Below are positions 11,980-26,359 of a stretch of 64,000 bases of DNA, in pieces; the stretch's first letter is position 1, and the number at the start of each line of letters is the position of its first letter. The stretch is from the NCBI GenBank assembly GCA_016716505.1, contig JADJWF010000002.1, forward strand, positions 471,597 through 535,596, in the 5' to 3' direction. Origin of the DNA: Verrucomicrobiota bacterium. GTDB taxonomy: Bacteria; Verrucomicrobiota; Verrucomicrobiia; Limisphaerales; J093. Under the pieces are notes generated by a model, which saw only the letters and a list, made by a program, of their open reading frames with translations, was not told where the DNA came from and did no database searches. A program made the position numbers and the translations under genes.

Positions 11980-12549
11980 ATGCTGCGACAATTCGGCCTC
12001 AAAAAATCGCCCTGGGTGGTGCATTTCAACTGCAACAGTTGCAACGGCTGCGACATCGAACTGCTGGCCTGCCTTTCGCCGCTCTATGACCTCGAGCGGT
12101 TCGGGATCATCCACGTTGGCAATCCCAAGCACGCGGATGTCCTGCTGGTGACCGGGTCGGTCAACCATCGAAATGCCCGCGTGTTGAAGAACGTGTACGA
12201 CCAAATGCCGGAACCCAAGGCGGTCGTCGCCGTGGGCGTGTGCGCCTCCACCGGCGGCATCTTCCGCGAATGCTACAATGTGCTGGGCGGCATCGAGGAG
12301 GTCGTGCCGGTGGACGTGTTTGTGCCCGGCTGTCCGGCGCGGCCCGAAGCGGTGATTGACGGCATCGTCAAAGCCGCCGAGAAGCTCGACCTCAGGCGCC
12401 GCGGCCAGCCGGTCTCCCGGCCGTCGCTGGTCCCGGAGACGCACGAGCCCTCGCCGAAACCAGCGGCGCCACCGGAAACCGTTCCGGCCACGCCGGCCTC
12501 CCCGGCCGCACCCGTCGCCGCGCCCGCCGAACTCGCGAAAACCCCATGA
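11980..12549 (+). CDS. echC: Ech hydrogenase small subunit C (NuoB-like, [4Fe-4S])
   Basis: Has the NuoB-type cluster ligands CNGCDIE, GVCASTGG and PGCPARPE. It carries an additional C-terminal tail of about 50 aa rich in Pro and Ala. Confidence 0.9.
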   Translation: MLRQFGLKKSPWVVHFNCNSCNGCDIELLACLSPLYDLERFGIIHVGNPKHADVLLVTGSVNHRNARVLKNVYDQMPEPKAVVAVGVCASTGGIFRECYNVLGGIEEVVPVDVFVPGCPARPEAVIDGIVKAAEKLDLRRRGQPVSRPSLVPETHEPSPKPAAPPETVPATPASPAAPVAAPAELAKTP

Positions 12550-12953
12550 GCCTCCTGCCCGCCAAAACGGTCACGCCCGACAATCTGTTGCACGAGGTCG
12601 CCGTGCTGCGACAGCAAGGCTACCGCCTGGTGACGCTGACCTGTCTCGACCAGGGAACCGGGCACACGGTGTACTATCATTTCGACAAGGCCTACCAGCC
12701 GTTGCATCTGCGGCTCGAGATTCCGGACGGTCAGGAACTGTGCAGCGTCAGCAGCCTCTACCCGGCCGCGATGATCGTGGAGAATGAGATCAAGGATCAC
12801 TTCGGCGTGAAGTTCACCGGGCTGGCCCTCGATTTTCAGGGGCGGCTGATGCTCACGGAAGCCGCCCCCAAGACGCCCATGAACCGCTTCCGCCGCTGCG
12901 GCATGGAACTGGACGCCCGCCAGCCCGCCGCCGCCTCCCCTGCCGCCGCATGA
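12546..12953 (+). CDS. echD: Ech hydrogenase subunit D (NuoC-like)
   Basis: 135 aa in the NuoC/HycE-N-like position between the small and large subunits (YPAAMIVENEIKDHFGVKF). ATGA overlaps at both ends. Confidence 0.7.
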   Translation: MSLLPAKTVTPDNLLHEVAVLRQQGYRLVTLTCLDQGTGHTVYYHFDKAYQPLHLRLEIPDGQELCSVSSLYPAAMIVENEIKDHFGVKFTGLALDFQGRLMLTEAAPKTPMNRFRRCGMELDARQPAAASPAAA

Positions 12954-14029
12954 GCCAGCGCACCACCATCCCGTTCGGTCCCCAGCATCCGGTCTTCCCG
13001 GAACCGATCCAGTTGCGCCTCATTCTCGAAGATGAACGCGTGGTCGAGGCCCTCCCGGCCATCGGCTACGTTCACCGCGGCCTCGAGAAGCTGGCGGAGC
13101 AGAAGGACTTTCAGCAGGACGTCTTCCTCATCGAGCGCATCTGCGGCATCTGCAGCTTCATGCACGCGATGAACTACTGCCAGGGCATCGAACAGCTCCT
13201 GGGACTAGCCGTGCCGGAGCGGGCAAAATACCTGCGCCTGATCTGGGCCGAGTTGCATCGGATGCACAGCCACCTCCTCTTCCTGGCGCTGCTCGCCGAT
13301 TCCTTCGGCTTCGAAAACCTCTTCATGCAAACCCTGCGTTGCCGGGAGGAGATTCTCGACCTGATGGAGATCACCGCCGGCAACCGCATCATGCTCACCA
13401 CTTGCTGCATCGGCGGCGTGCGCAAGGACATCACGCCCGACCAGTTGAAGCGGATTGGGACGGGGCTGGACCGGGCACAAGCGTCGCTGCGGGAACTCGG
13501 CGGCGCGTTTGCGAAGGACTACACGATTCAGCGGCGGCTCAAGGGAATCGGCGTCCTGACCCGCGAAAAGGCGCACGAACTCGGCGCCGTGGGGCCGGTG
13601 GCCAAGGCCAGCGGCCTTGCGATGGATCTCCGCCAGACCGGCTACGCCCCGTATCCAGAACTCGGTTTCAACCCGATCACCGAGACGAACGGCGACGCCT
13701 ACGCGCGCATGATGGTGCGGTTGCGCGAGCTGGACCAGAGCGCCGAACTCATCCGCGCTGCCATGGGCCGGCTGCCGGACACGCCGCTCTCGGTCCCCTT
13801 CAAGGGCAACCCGACTGGTGAGGTCGCGGCCCGCATCGAACAATCGCGTGGGGAACTGCTGTTCTTCATCAAGGCAAACGGCTCGAAGAACCTGGAACGC
13901 TTCCGCGCGCGCACGCCGACCTTTGCCAACCTCGCGCCCTTGCTCCACATGCTGCCGGGCTGCGAACTGGCGGATGTGCCGGTGATCGTGGTTTCGATTG
14001 ATCCGTGCATCAGTTGCACGGAACGCTGA
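12950..14029 (+). CDS. echE: Group 4 [NiFe]-hydrogenase large subunit (EchE)
   Basis: 359 aa. Both NiFe-ligand cysteine pairs are present: N-terminal ERICGICS and C-terminal DPCISCTER. GPQHP and GYVHRGLEKL are NuoD-like motifs. Confidence 0.92.
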   Translation: MSQRTTIPFGPQHPVFPEPIQLRLILEDERVVEALPAIGYVHRGLEKLAEQKDFQQDVFLIERICGICSFMHAMNYCQGIEQLLGLAVPERAKYLRLIWAELHRMHSHLLFLALLADSFGFENLFMQTLRCREEILDLMEITAGNRIMLTTCCIGGVRKDITPDQLKRIGTGLDRAQASLRELGGAFAKDYTIQRRLKGIGVLTREKAHELGAVGPVAKASGLAMDLRQTGYAPYPELGFNPITETNGDAYARMMVRLRELDQSAELIRAAMGRLPDTPLSVPFKGNPTGEVAARIEQSRGELLFFIKANGSKNLERFRARTPTFANLAPLLHMLPGCELADVPVIVVSIDPCISCTER

Positions 14030-14048
14030 CCCCCACGCCGACCCGACC

Positions 14049-14354
14049 ATGGTGGACCTCCTTCGCAATCTGCTTCGCAACGCCTCCCGGTCGCCGGTGA
14101 CCCGGCCGTATCCGGCCGAACCCCATGTGCCGTTCGCGGAGGCCCGGGGATGCCTCGAATTCGATCCGGACACCTGCACCTACTGCTCGGTCTGTGAGAA
14201 ACGGTGCCCGACCGGCGCGATCAAAGTGACGCGCAAACCCTCCAAATCGTGGACCCTCCAGCCGCACGCCTGCATCCTCTGCGGCTACTGCATTGAAGTC
14301 TGTCCCAAAGACTGCTTGTGGATGGACGAACATCATCGGGGCCCGGCCGCCTGA
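14049..14354 (+). CDS. echF: Ech hydrogenase 2x[4Fe-4S] ferredoxin subunit (EchF, NuoI-like)
   Basis: Two CxxCxxCxxxCP motifs (CTYCSVCEKRCP and CILCGYCIEVCP). The ATG at 14049 lies just after the echE stop. The maximal ORF start at 13998 overlaps echE. Confidence 0.85.
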   Translation: MVDLLRNLLRNASRSPVTRPYPAEPHVPFAEARGCLEFDPDTCTYCSVCEKRCPTGAIKVTRKPSKSWTLQPHACILCGYCIEVCPKDCLWMDEHHRGPAA

Positions 14355-14444
14355 CCACGGCATTCCGGTAACCGGTTGCCAGGGGCGGGCACAACGGATT
14401 CCTGTCCGGTTCCCGCCGGTTCCCGGATCGCCGGACTCCGGAAC

Positions 14445-15497
14445 TCAGCGATGGCCGTCCACCATCACCTTGACGACCCCGTCGCGGTAGGCGCAGTTCA
14501 CTTGGAACGCCTCAACCACTTGGCGCAGGGGAAATCGGTGGCTCACCAGGCCGCGCAAATCCACGCGGCCTTCAGCAGCCAGGCGGAGGGCACGCGGGTA
14601 GCAATGCTTCATGCGCCGGCTGAGGACGAGGGTCAGACCCTTGCGGCGGGCGGTGGAGTGCTTGAGCGCGAGCTGGTCGTCGCCGGGGATGCCCACCAGG
14701 ACGACGCGGCCGCCGTGGCGCGTCATCTCGGCGGCCTGACCGACGGTGTCGCCCGCCCACGCCGCTTCGATGACCACATCCACACCGCGACCGTGGGTTT
14801 CTTTCGTGATGCGCTGGACGGGGTCGTCCCGGTCGCAGGGGATGGGGAAGCCGCCCCATCTCTCGGCGAGCTTGAGGCGCCAGGGAAGCCGGTCGGTCAC
14901 GAAGATCGGAGCGGCACCGGCGAGCTTGGCGACCTGCAGACAGAGCAGACCGATCGGTCCGCTCCCGAGAATCGCGAGGCTGTGGCCGACGCGGAGCTTG
15001 GCGAGGTCCACGGCGTGGAGCGCGACACCGAGCGGTTCGAGCAGCGCGGCCTCGGTGTCATCGAGGGACTTGGGCACGGGGAAGCAACTGCGCGCGGGCA
15101 TGAGCAACCACTCGCAGAAGCTGCCGCCGTAAGGGTAGTTGCCGCAGAAGGCGAGGTTGCGGCACAGGTTCGGGTGCCCGTGCTCGCACGGTTCGCAGTG
15201 ATGGCAGGGCTGCGCCGGGTCAACAGCCACGCGCGTGCCCGGTTTCAGCGGTTGGTGATTGCCGTCGAGTGACTCCGGCCCGACCGCTTCCACCACGGCG
15301 GAGAACTCGTGGCCAAGGATGAGCGGCTGTTCCACCGGCGTATCGCCGATGCGGGCGTCCAGGTAGGAGTGCAGGTCGCTGCCGCAGATGCCGGTGGCCA
15401 GCACGCGCAGGAGCGCCTGACCGCGCTGCGGCGGGCCGGGACGCGGGATGCTTTCGACACGCAGGTCCCGCGGCCCATGCAGGCGGGCGGCGAGCAT
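14445..15497 (-). CDS. Zinc-dependent alcohol/polyol dehydrogenase (MDR family, sorbitol/threonine dehydrogenase-like)
   Basis: Has [16 protein letters not shown] and structural-zinc CxxCxxCxxxxxxxC motifs, plus a GSGPIGLL Rossmann motif. The ATG at 15497 is preferred over the GTG at 15530. Confidence 0.85.
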   Translation of the reverse strand: MLAARLHGPRDLRVESIPRPGPPQRGQALLRVLATGICGSDLHSYLDARIGDTPVEQPLILGHEFSAVVEAVGPESLDGNHQPLKPGTRVAVDPAQPCHHCEPCEHGHPNLCRNLAFCGNYPYGGSFCEWLLMPARSCFPVPKSLDDTEAALLEPLGVALHAVDLAKLRVGHSLAILGSGPIGLLCLQVAKLAGAAPIFVTDRLPWRLKLAERWGGFPIPCDRDDPVQRITKETHGRGVDVVIEAAWAGDTVGQAAEMTRHGGRVVLVGIPGDDQLALKHSTARRKGLTLVLSRRMKHCYPRALRLAAEGRVDLRGLVSHRFPLRQVVEAFQVNCAYRDGVVKVMVDGHR

Positions 15498-15554
15498 GGT
15501 GGCGGAAGACGATGCGCGGGGAGATTTCACGGACCTCGCCCTCGGGATGGCGCA

Positions 15555-17066
15555 TCAGGCCACAAAGCCATCCTTCAGTCCGTAGTAAATCTCGTTGCCG
15601 CGAAGCTGTTGCTTGAAGTCACGCACCTTCGTGGCGCCATCAATCACCACCAACTCGATGCCCGCGATTTCGGCGAAGTCTTCCAGCATTCCGGTCGTCA
15701 CGGCCTGGCTGAACCCGGTGTGATGCGCGCCGCCAGCGTAAATCCAGCACGCGCAGGCGTCCTCGAAATTCGGCTTCGGCACCCAGAGCGCCCGGGCGAC
15801 GGGCAGCTTCGGCATGGGCTGCTCCGGCGCGACGGCGTCCACCTCGTTCACGAGCAGGCGGAAGCGGTTGCCGAGGTCAATCAGCGAGGCGTTCAGGGCC
15901 GGGCCGGCGGGCGTGTTGAAGACGAGCCGCGCGGGGTCGGCCTTGCCGCCGATGCCGAGCGGATGGACTTGCAGCGACGGCTTGCCGTCCGCGATGGACG
16001 GGCAGATTTCCAGCATGTGCGCGCCGAGCACCTGTTTGCCGTCGGGGTGCAGGTGATAGGTGTAATCCTCCATGAAGGACGTGCCGCCGGGCAGGCCGGT
16101 CGCCATGACCTTCATCGCGCGGAGCAGCGCGGCGGTCTTCCAGTCGCCCTCGGCACCGAAGCCAAAGCCGTCAGCCATGAGCCGCTGCGGCGCGATGCCG
16201 GGCAACTGCACCAAACCGTGCAAATCCTCGAACGTGGTTGTGAACCCCTTGAACCCGCCGGCCTTCAGGAAGGCGCGCAGGCCCAGCTCGATGCGCGCGG
16301 CTTCGCGGACGGACTTGTGCCGGCGACCGCCCCGGCGCAGGTCCGGCGCGACCTCGTAGGCCGACTCGTATTGCCTGCAGAGCTTGTCCACGTCCGCGTC
16401 GGCGACCTCGTTGACGACCTTCACCAGATCGCCCACGCCATAGCCGTTGACCGAGAACCCGAACTTCATCTGCGCGGACACCTTGTCGCCCTCCGTCACC
16501 GCGACCTCGCGCATGTTGTCGCCGAAGCGGGCGAACTTCGCGCCCTGCCAATCGGCCCAAGCGGCGGCGGCGCGCGCCCAGGCGCCGATCTTTTCCTGCA
16601 CCGACGCCTCCTGCCAGTAGCCGACGACGACCTTCCGATTCAGGCGCATGCGGCTCATGATGAAGCCGTGCTCGCGGTCGCCGTGGGCGGCCTGGTTGAG
16701 GTTCATGAAGTCCATGTCAATCGTGGCCCAAGGGATGTCGCGATTGAACTGGGTGTGGAGGTGGAGGAGCGGCTTGCGGAGGAGGTTGAGGCCGTTGATC
16801 CACATCTTCGACGGCGAGAACGTGTGGCACCACGTCACGAGGCCGATGCAGTTCTCCGCCGTGTTGGCGGCCTGCATGAGGGCAGTGGCCTCGGCGGGCG
16901 ACTTGATCACGGGCTTGAAGACGACGCTGACGGGCAGCGCGGGCGCGGCGTCAAGGGCCTTGGCGATCGCCTGGGAGTCTTTGGCGACCTGCTTGAGGAC
17001 TTCAGGGCCGTAAAGATGCTGGCTGCCGGTGACGAACCAGACTTCGAGTTGTTTTAGAGTGGGCAT
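15555..17066 (-). CDS. araA: L-arabinose isomerase
   Basis: 503 aa with a full-length AraA pattern ([27 protein letters not shown]). Confidence 0.93.
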   Translation of the reverse strand: MPTLKQLEVWFVTGSQHLYGPEVLKQVAKDSQAIAKALDAAPALPVSVVFKPVIKSPAEATALMQAANTAENCIGLVTWCHTFSPSKMWINGLNLLRKPLLHLHTQFNRDIPWATIDMDFMNLNQAAHGDREHGFIMSRMRLNRKVVVGYWQEASVQEKIGAWARAAAAWADWQGAKFARFGDNMREVAVTEGDKVSAQMKFGFSVNGYGVGDLVKVVNEVADADVDKLCRQYESAYEVAPDLRRGGRRHKSVREAARIELGLRAFLKAGGFKGFTTTFEDLHGLVQLPGIAPQRLMADGFGFGAEGDWKTAALLRAMKVMATGLPGGTSFMEDYTYHLHPDGKQVLGAHMLEICPSIADGKPSLQVHPLGIGGKADPARLVFNTPAGPALNASLIDLGNRFRLLVNEVDAVAPEQPMPKLPVARALWVPKPNFEDACACWIYAGGAHHTGFSQAVTTGMLEDFAEIAGIELVVIDGATKVRDFKQQLRGNEIYYGLKDGFVA

Positions 17067-17120
17067 GGATTTCTTCAGTGGATCGGTTACGGGAAAGCGA
17101 CGGAGCAGAAAAGCGAGCGG

Positions 17121-18296
17121 TCAGCCAACGGTTGCGGGAGCCTTGCCGGTCATGGGCAAAACCAGCCGGTCAATCCCGGCCGCGACCAGGCCCGCAGTGC
17201 GGCGGCGCGGCGCGGCCTCGACCTCGATCTGGCCGAAGCGTGCCCACAGAGCGCCCCGCGTGATGGCATCGGACAGATAGCGCACCACCAGAGGAGATAG
17301 ATCGGGCAACGATCCCGTCAGCACCACGTGGCGCAAACCGATCACATTCAGGGCGCCAGCGATGCCGGCGGCTGTGGCGTCCAAGGTCCGCGCCAGCCAC
17401 GGCTCGATGCCGCTGGATCGCACCGAAGATTCGAGCGCGGCCCATGAGACGGGCGAGCGCGGATGAGCGGCGGCGAAACTGGCCAGCAACCCCCCGGTGG
17501 ACGCCAGGGTCTCGAGGCAGCCAGAGGCTCCGCAACCACACAACCGTTCATTCCCGATCACCGGGGTGTGGCCCAATTCCCCAGAGATCGGCAGCGGACT
17601 GCCGGACAACCGCCCGGCGATGATGACCGCGCCGCCCACCCCGTCGCCGAAGTCCACCAGCAGGAAATCGTCGCACTCCGGCTCAAGATACTGGTGGCCC
17701 AACGCCAACGCGCGTTCTTCCTGCACCAGCAGCACTGGCGTTTTCCAAACGGTCTCGACCAACGCGGGCAGGTTGGCCGACTCCGTCCAGTGAAGATTGG
17801 GCGAGAACAACACCCGGCCCGCTGCTTCGTCCACGATCCCCGGCACGCTGACCAGAACTCCCCACAGGCCCTTGGCCGGAAGATCTTTCGCCGCTCCCTT
17901 CAATTGGCGCACCCAGGCATCGGCCGAATCCGGCGTGGAGAACTGAAGCGTCCAGCGATCTTCCTGATCCACGCCCACCGGCAGCGCACACAACCCCGTT
18001 TCCCTGACGCCGAGCTGGATACCGATGAAACGCGGGGACGACCGATTCAGCCGCAGCGTCCGGCCCGGGCGCCCCAGTCTCGGAACCGAGTCGGCATCAC
18101 CTGCCGGCGGGGCATCCGCCTCGAATTCCTCGATGACGCCGAGGCGCAGCAGATCATCGGCAATTTTGCCCGCCGTGGGCTGGCTCAGGCCAAGCGATTT
18201 GGCGAGGTCGGCGCGCGACGCAGCTCCGAGGCGTTGAAGCCGGGCCAGCAATGCCCGCTTGTTCAACTGCCCCATTTTGGAAGGTACCACCACCAT
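17121..18296 (-). CDS. ROK-family transcriptional regulator (NagC/XylR-like)
   Basis: N-terminal HTH (NKRALLARLQRLGAASRADLAKSLGLSQPTAGKIADDL) and a ROK sugar-kinase-like body with a CGCGASGCLE zinc motif. The start is ambiguous (TTG 18323, ATG 18296 or ATG 18275). Confidence 0.85.
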   Translation of the reverse strand: MVVVPSKMGQLNKRALLARLQRLGAASRADLAKSLGLSQPTAGKIADDLLRLGVIEEFEADAPPAGDADSVPRLGRPGRTLRLNRSSPRFIGIQLGVRETGLCALPVGVDQEDRWTLQFSTPDSADAWVRQLKGAAKDLPAKGLWGVLVSVPGIVDEAAGRVLFSPNLHWTESANLPALVETVWKTPVLLVQEERALALGHQYLEPECDDFLLVDFGDGVGGAVIIAGRLSGSPLPISGELGHTPVIGNERLCGCGASGCLETLASTGGLLASFAAAHPRSPVSWAALESSVRSSGIEPWLARTLDATAAGIAGALNVIGLRHVVLTGSLPDLSPLVVRYLSDAITRGALWARFGQIEVEAAPRRRTAGLVAAGIDRLVLPMTGKAPATVG

Positions 18297-18349
18297 GTCC
18301 GCGACGCCGCGAAAACTCGCCAATCAAAGCCATTTTGTCATGCCCGGTG

Positions 18350-19915
18350 TTACTGCAGCGCCAGGACCGTCACCGACTTGGCAGGCAGCGTCACCCGACA
18401 CTTGCCCGCGTTGACGTTGATCGTCGCGAGCGTCCGGGGCCGGACCACGTCCGGCTGGTCAAAGGTGTTGTGGGACTGAATCGTGTCGGCAGTCAGAACC
18501 CGCGGCACCGCCGACTTCACCGATGCGCCCGGCAGGCTGAGGTCGAGGTCAACCGCCTCCGAGGGGTGGAGATTGCAGAGCGACACATGGATGACTCCCG
18601 CGGCGTCGCGCGAGGCCGAGGCGTGGAGCCGTGGAAGGCGTTGTTGGCCGAAGACATAGTCCTCGCCCTGAACCTCCACCGGCAGCATCGTGGCGTCCTG
18701 GTGGACCGCGTACATCTCGAAGACGTGGTAAGTGGGGGTGAGGATCATCCTCTCCCGATCGGTGAGAATCACGGCCTGCAGCACGTTGATGGTCTGGGCG
18801 ATGTTGGCCATCTTCACGCGGTCACAGTGCTGGTTGAAGATGTTGAGGGTCAGCGCGGCGATGAGGGCGTCACGCAGGGAGTTTTGCTGGTAGAGAAAGC
18901 CGGGGTTGGTGCCGGGCTCGACGTCGGTCCAGATGCCCCATTCGTCCACGATCAGGCCGATCCGCTTCTGGGGATCGCGCCGGTCCATGATCTCGCCGTG
19001 CCGCCGGATCAGTTCGTCCATTTGCAGCGCGCGCCGGAGGGCGCCGTGGTACTGATCCTCGCCGAACTCGGTGGCTGAGCCCTTGCGACCCCAGTCGCCG
19101 GTCGGGATGGTGTAGTGGTGCAGCGAGAGGCCGTTCATCCGGTGGCCCACCTTGTCCATGAGCACCTCGGTCCAGCGGTAGTCCCCGCCATTGGGACCGC
19201 AGGCGATCCGGTAAATCCGGTTCCCTGAGTAGTCTTTGACGAACGTGTTGTAGCGGCGGTACTGGTCCGCGTAGTACTCGGGCGTCATGTTGCCGCCACA
19301 ACCCCAGCTCTCGTTGCCAACGCCGAAGTAGCGCACCTTCCACGGCTGCTCCCGGCCGTTTCGGCGCCGCAGATTCGCCATCGGCGAGTCGGCATCGGAG
19401 GTCATATACTCGACCCACTCCATCATTTCCTGGACGCTGCCGCTGCCAACGTTGCCGCAGATGTAGGGCTCGGTGCCCAGTTGCTCGCACAGGTCGAGAA
19501 ACTCGTGGGTCCCGAAGTGGTTGTTCTCCACCACGCCGCCCCAATGGGTGTTGATCATGGCCGGCCGCTGCTCGCGCGGACCAATCCCGTCTTTCCAGTG
19601 ATACTCGTCCGCGAAACAGCCGCCCGGCCAGCGGAGAACGGGGATCTTCATCCGTTTGAGTGCCTCCACCACATCCGTGCGGATGCCGCGGACATTGGGA
19701 ATCGGGCTGTCTTCACCCACCCAAATGCCCTCGTAGATACAGCGCCCGAGGTGCTCGGCGAAGTGGCCGTAGATGTGGCGACTGATCTGGTGCTGGCCTT
19801 TGTCCGCGTGGACCACGAGTGATGCGGTTTGGGCGGCAACGGCGGTCCATAGACTGGCGCCGAGAAGGAGACCAAGGACGTTCTGGATCGAGCGAAGGTG
19901 AAGGATGGAGCCCAT
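18350..19915 (-). CDS. abfA: Secreted GH51 alpha-L-arabinofuranosidase
   Basis: Signal peptide followed by [42 protein letters not shown], and the catalytic-region motifs GNESWGCGG and IVDEWG. Confidence 0.9.
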   Translation of the reverse strand: MGSILHLRSIQNVLGLLLGASLWTAVAAQTASLVVHADKGQHQISRHIYGHFAEHLGRCIYEGIWVGEDSPIPNVRGIRTDVVEALKRMKIPVLRWPGGCFADEYHWKDGIGPREQRPAMINTHWGGVVENNHFGTHEFLDLCEQLGTEPYICGNVGSGSVQEMMEWVEYMTSDADSPMANLRRRNGREQPWKVRYFGVGNESWGCGGNMTPEYYADQYRRYNTFVKDYSGNRIYRIACGPNGGDYRWTEVLMDKVGHRMNGLSLHHYTIPTGDWGRKGSATEFGEDQYHGALRRALQMDELIRRHGEIMDRRDPQKRIGLIVDEWGIWTDVEPGTNPGFLYQQNSLRDALIAALTLNIFNQHCDRVKMANIAQTINVLQAVILTDRERMILTPTYHVFEMYAVHQDATMLPVEVQGEDYVFGQQRLPRLHASASRDAAGVIHVSLCNLHPSEAVDLDLSLPGASVKSAVPRVLTADTIQSHNTFDQPDVVRPRTLATINVNAGKCRVTLPAKSVTVLALQ

Positions 19916-20848
19916 AGCTTTTACTTAGGGAAGTTAAGTATTGCAACCCGCCGCCCCACGCGGCAAGCCAAATCACGAACAAACGAACGGATGATGGGTT
20001 CGCCGTCGCGGGGGCTTGGCTCGGCGACGAGACGAATGGCGATCGCCCCCGGGGCAAAGGCCCGCTTCGCTATCGAAATGCCCCCGCTCACTCGAGTATC
20101 GTCAACGGATTACCATCGCAACTGATCGGTCGGGCGAACTTGGGCAAGAACCGCTCCACCTTCGTCTCGAATCGGTTCACTTCGTCCATTCGGGCCGCGG
20201 GGGCTTCCCTCCTTCGGATCGCAGGGCAAGCGGCCGACGACGATTCTGGCAAGACTTCCGTGGACGGTAGGCACCAGTACCCGCAGCGGGGCGGATGGTT
20301 GCTGTGCATCCGGCCTTTGGCCCTCCCCGCCGCGACTCTGACCCTGCTGGCGGCCGACCTTGTTGATCGAATGGAACCGCGCCGCGTTGCATACCCTTCC
20401 CGTCGCCCGTCCCAACCAGCCGGTGGCATCCCGCGCGCGAGCCATCACCGCGCCCGTGGCGATGGAGCGCAACCGTCAGCGCAGCCAGACCGACCGCGAG
20501 TTGGACCGCGCGATGAACCCGGCTCGTTCTGAGACTGGCCCCTGCCGGTGAGCTAATCGTGCAAGTTTTGAAGCGCGCCGGTAACCGACGGCGAAAGGGC
20601 GGCCACCGCGCAGTCGTTAAAGGGTTTCCCGAAATGACGTAGCGGTGGCGTCCTCGCCGGCAGGGTGTGTCGGCGTTCCACCGCCCAACCATCGCCGCGC
20701 TGGGACGGCGCCACGATCCGCTGCCGGGCCGGACTGCGCTACGCGAAAGGTGGAAACGCTCTGGGATGGGAGAGCGTTCTGCTCACCGGCACCGGGGTGA
20801 GTCTTCGCCCCAGGCAAAGCAGCCGATCGAGTGGCTGAAGCGGCCAGC

Positions 20849-20878
20849 AAAAAGGGCGTCCGTTCAGCACGGACGCCC
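20849..20878 (-). terminator. Rho-independent terminator after the DHOD-like gene
   Basis: On the minus strand: GGGCGTCCG-TGCTGAA-CGGACGCCC, a perfect 9-bp GC-rich stem, followed by TTTTT. It lies 22 nt downstream of the stop at 20900. Confidence 0.65.
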
Positions 20879-20899
20879 TGAAGCCGCGGAAACGATGAG

Positions 20900-21898
<999 letters not shown>

Positions 21899-21928
21899 AA
21901 CTGTCTCCGGTTGATGATCGGTTGGTGT

Positions 21929-25522
<3,594 letters not shown>

Positions 25523-25828
25523 GTGTCAGCTTCCAATTCAGGTTGAGCCCCCCAGCCGCCGCCCGGCAAAACGGCAACCGGGTGGCGAATGGCGGATGCC
25601 GCCAAGCGGCCCCCCGGAGGCGGCGATTTGGTTTCTCCGCTCTGGGAATCCACCTGACAGCGGCTTCAGTATCCCGAAACGCTGCCGGGCCGGCTCCACC
25701 TGCATTGGCCAGTCCTTCGCATATTTTGCCCTCGGCGAAACCGTCTCCCGGAAGCCGAAAACACGCGAGCGAAGCCGGGCCGTGCCCGCCAAACCTGCGC
25801 CAACCCCGATCCCCGCCGGATGGCCGGC

Positions 25829-26203
25829 TCAAACCGGGACCGATCGCGTCACGCCGCACTCGTACACGAACCAAGCGGGATTCAGATGGCCGAGCGGGCC
25901 CTTGAGCTGGTCGAGTTCCCCGGCCGGCCCATGCACCTCCACGCGGACCAGCTCGGCCAGCGCCAGGAACTTTTCCAGCAGATCCCCCACGTTGGTCAGA
26001 TGGGCGAGCAGGCCGGCAGCGCCCAAGTATGCCTCGCGGCAGAAGATCTGGTCGTCGTTCAGGGTGAACTCGTAATAGAGCACCTTGTCTTCCCGGGCGG
26101 TCCGGGCGACGAATTCCCGCAACAGGGCCTTGGCCGCCGGCATCTGACCAGAGCGGACGTTGAAGTACGGATGGATGCTGACCGCGCGTTCGATGACATT
26201 CAT
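25829..26203 (-). CDS. ABM/Dabb-fold small protein (putative monooxygenase-like)
   Basis: The ATG at 26203 gives a 124-aa product (MNVIERAVSIHPYFNVRSGQMPAAKALLREFVARTAREDKVLYYEFT...) with an alpha+beta barrel ABM-like pattern. The family assignment is tentative. Confidence 0.5.
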   Translation of the reverse strand: MNVIERAVSIHPYFNVRSGQMPAAKALLREFVARTAREDKVLYYEFTLNDDQIFCREAYLGAAGLLAHLTNVGDLLEKFLALAELVRVEVHGPAGELDQLKGPLGHLNPAWFVYECGVTRSVPV

Positions 26204-26359
26204 GTGGGGCAGCGTGAATGGCCAGCGCCCGGGAGGCAAATCCGGAGATGGTTTGCCCGGCCGGCGTCCCTGCGACCAACGCAGAAGAACCTACCGGGCC
26301 AGGAAACCAACGGGGACGTCGCTTGACGCGATGAGGCAAAAGGGTTCTGTTACCGGCAC

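Noticed and set aside
9356-12444. Minus-strand ORFs of 474 aa and 475 aa
   Set aside because: They are antisense to echA/echB/echC, and the extremely Arg/His/Gln/Gly-rich products are implausible as proteins.
15309-17057. 582-aa ORF on the plus strand
   Set aside because: It is antisense to araA and the Zn-ADH gene, with an Arg/Gly/Ala-rich low-information sequence.
20100-20540. Possible RNase P RNA or tmRNA (GATGAACCCGGCTCG resembles the RNase P 3' P4 strand; GATTCTGG resembles a tmRNA 5' end)
   Set aside because: The obligatory partner motifs are absent on both strands: GAGGAAAGTCCGGGC for RNase P, and a 3' tRNA-like T-arm with CCA for tmRNA. These are isolated short matches only.
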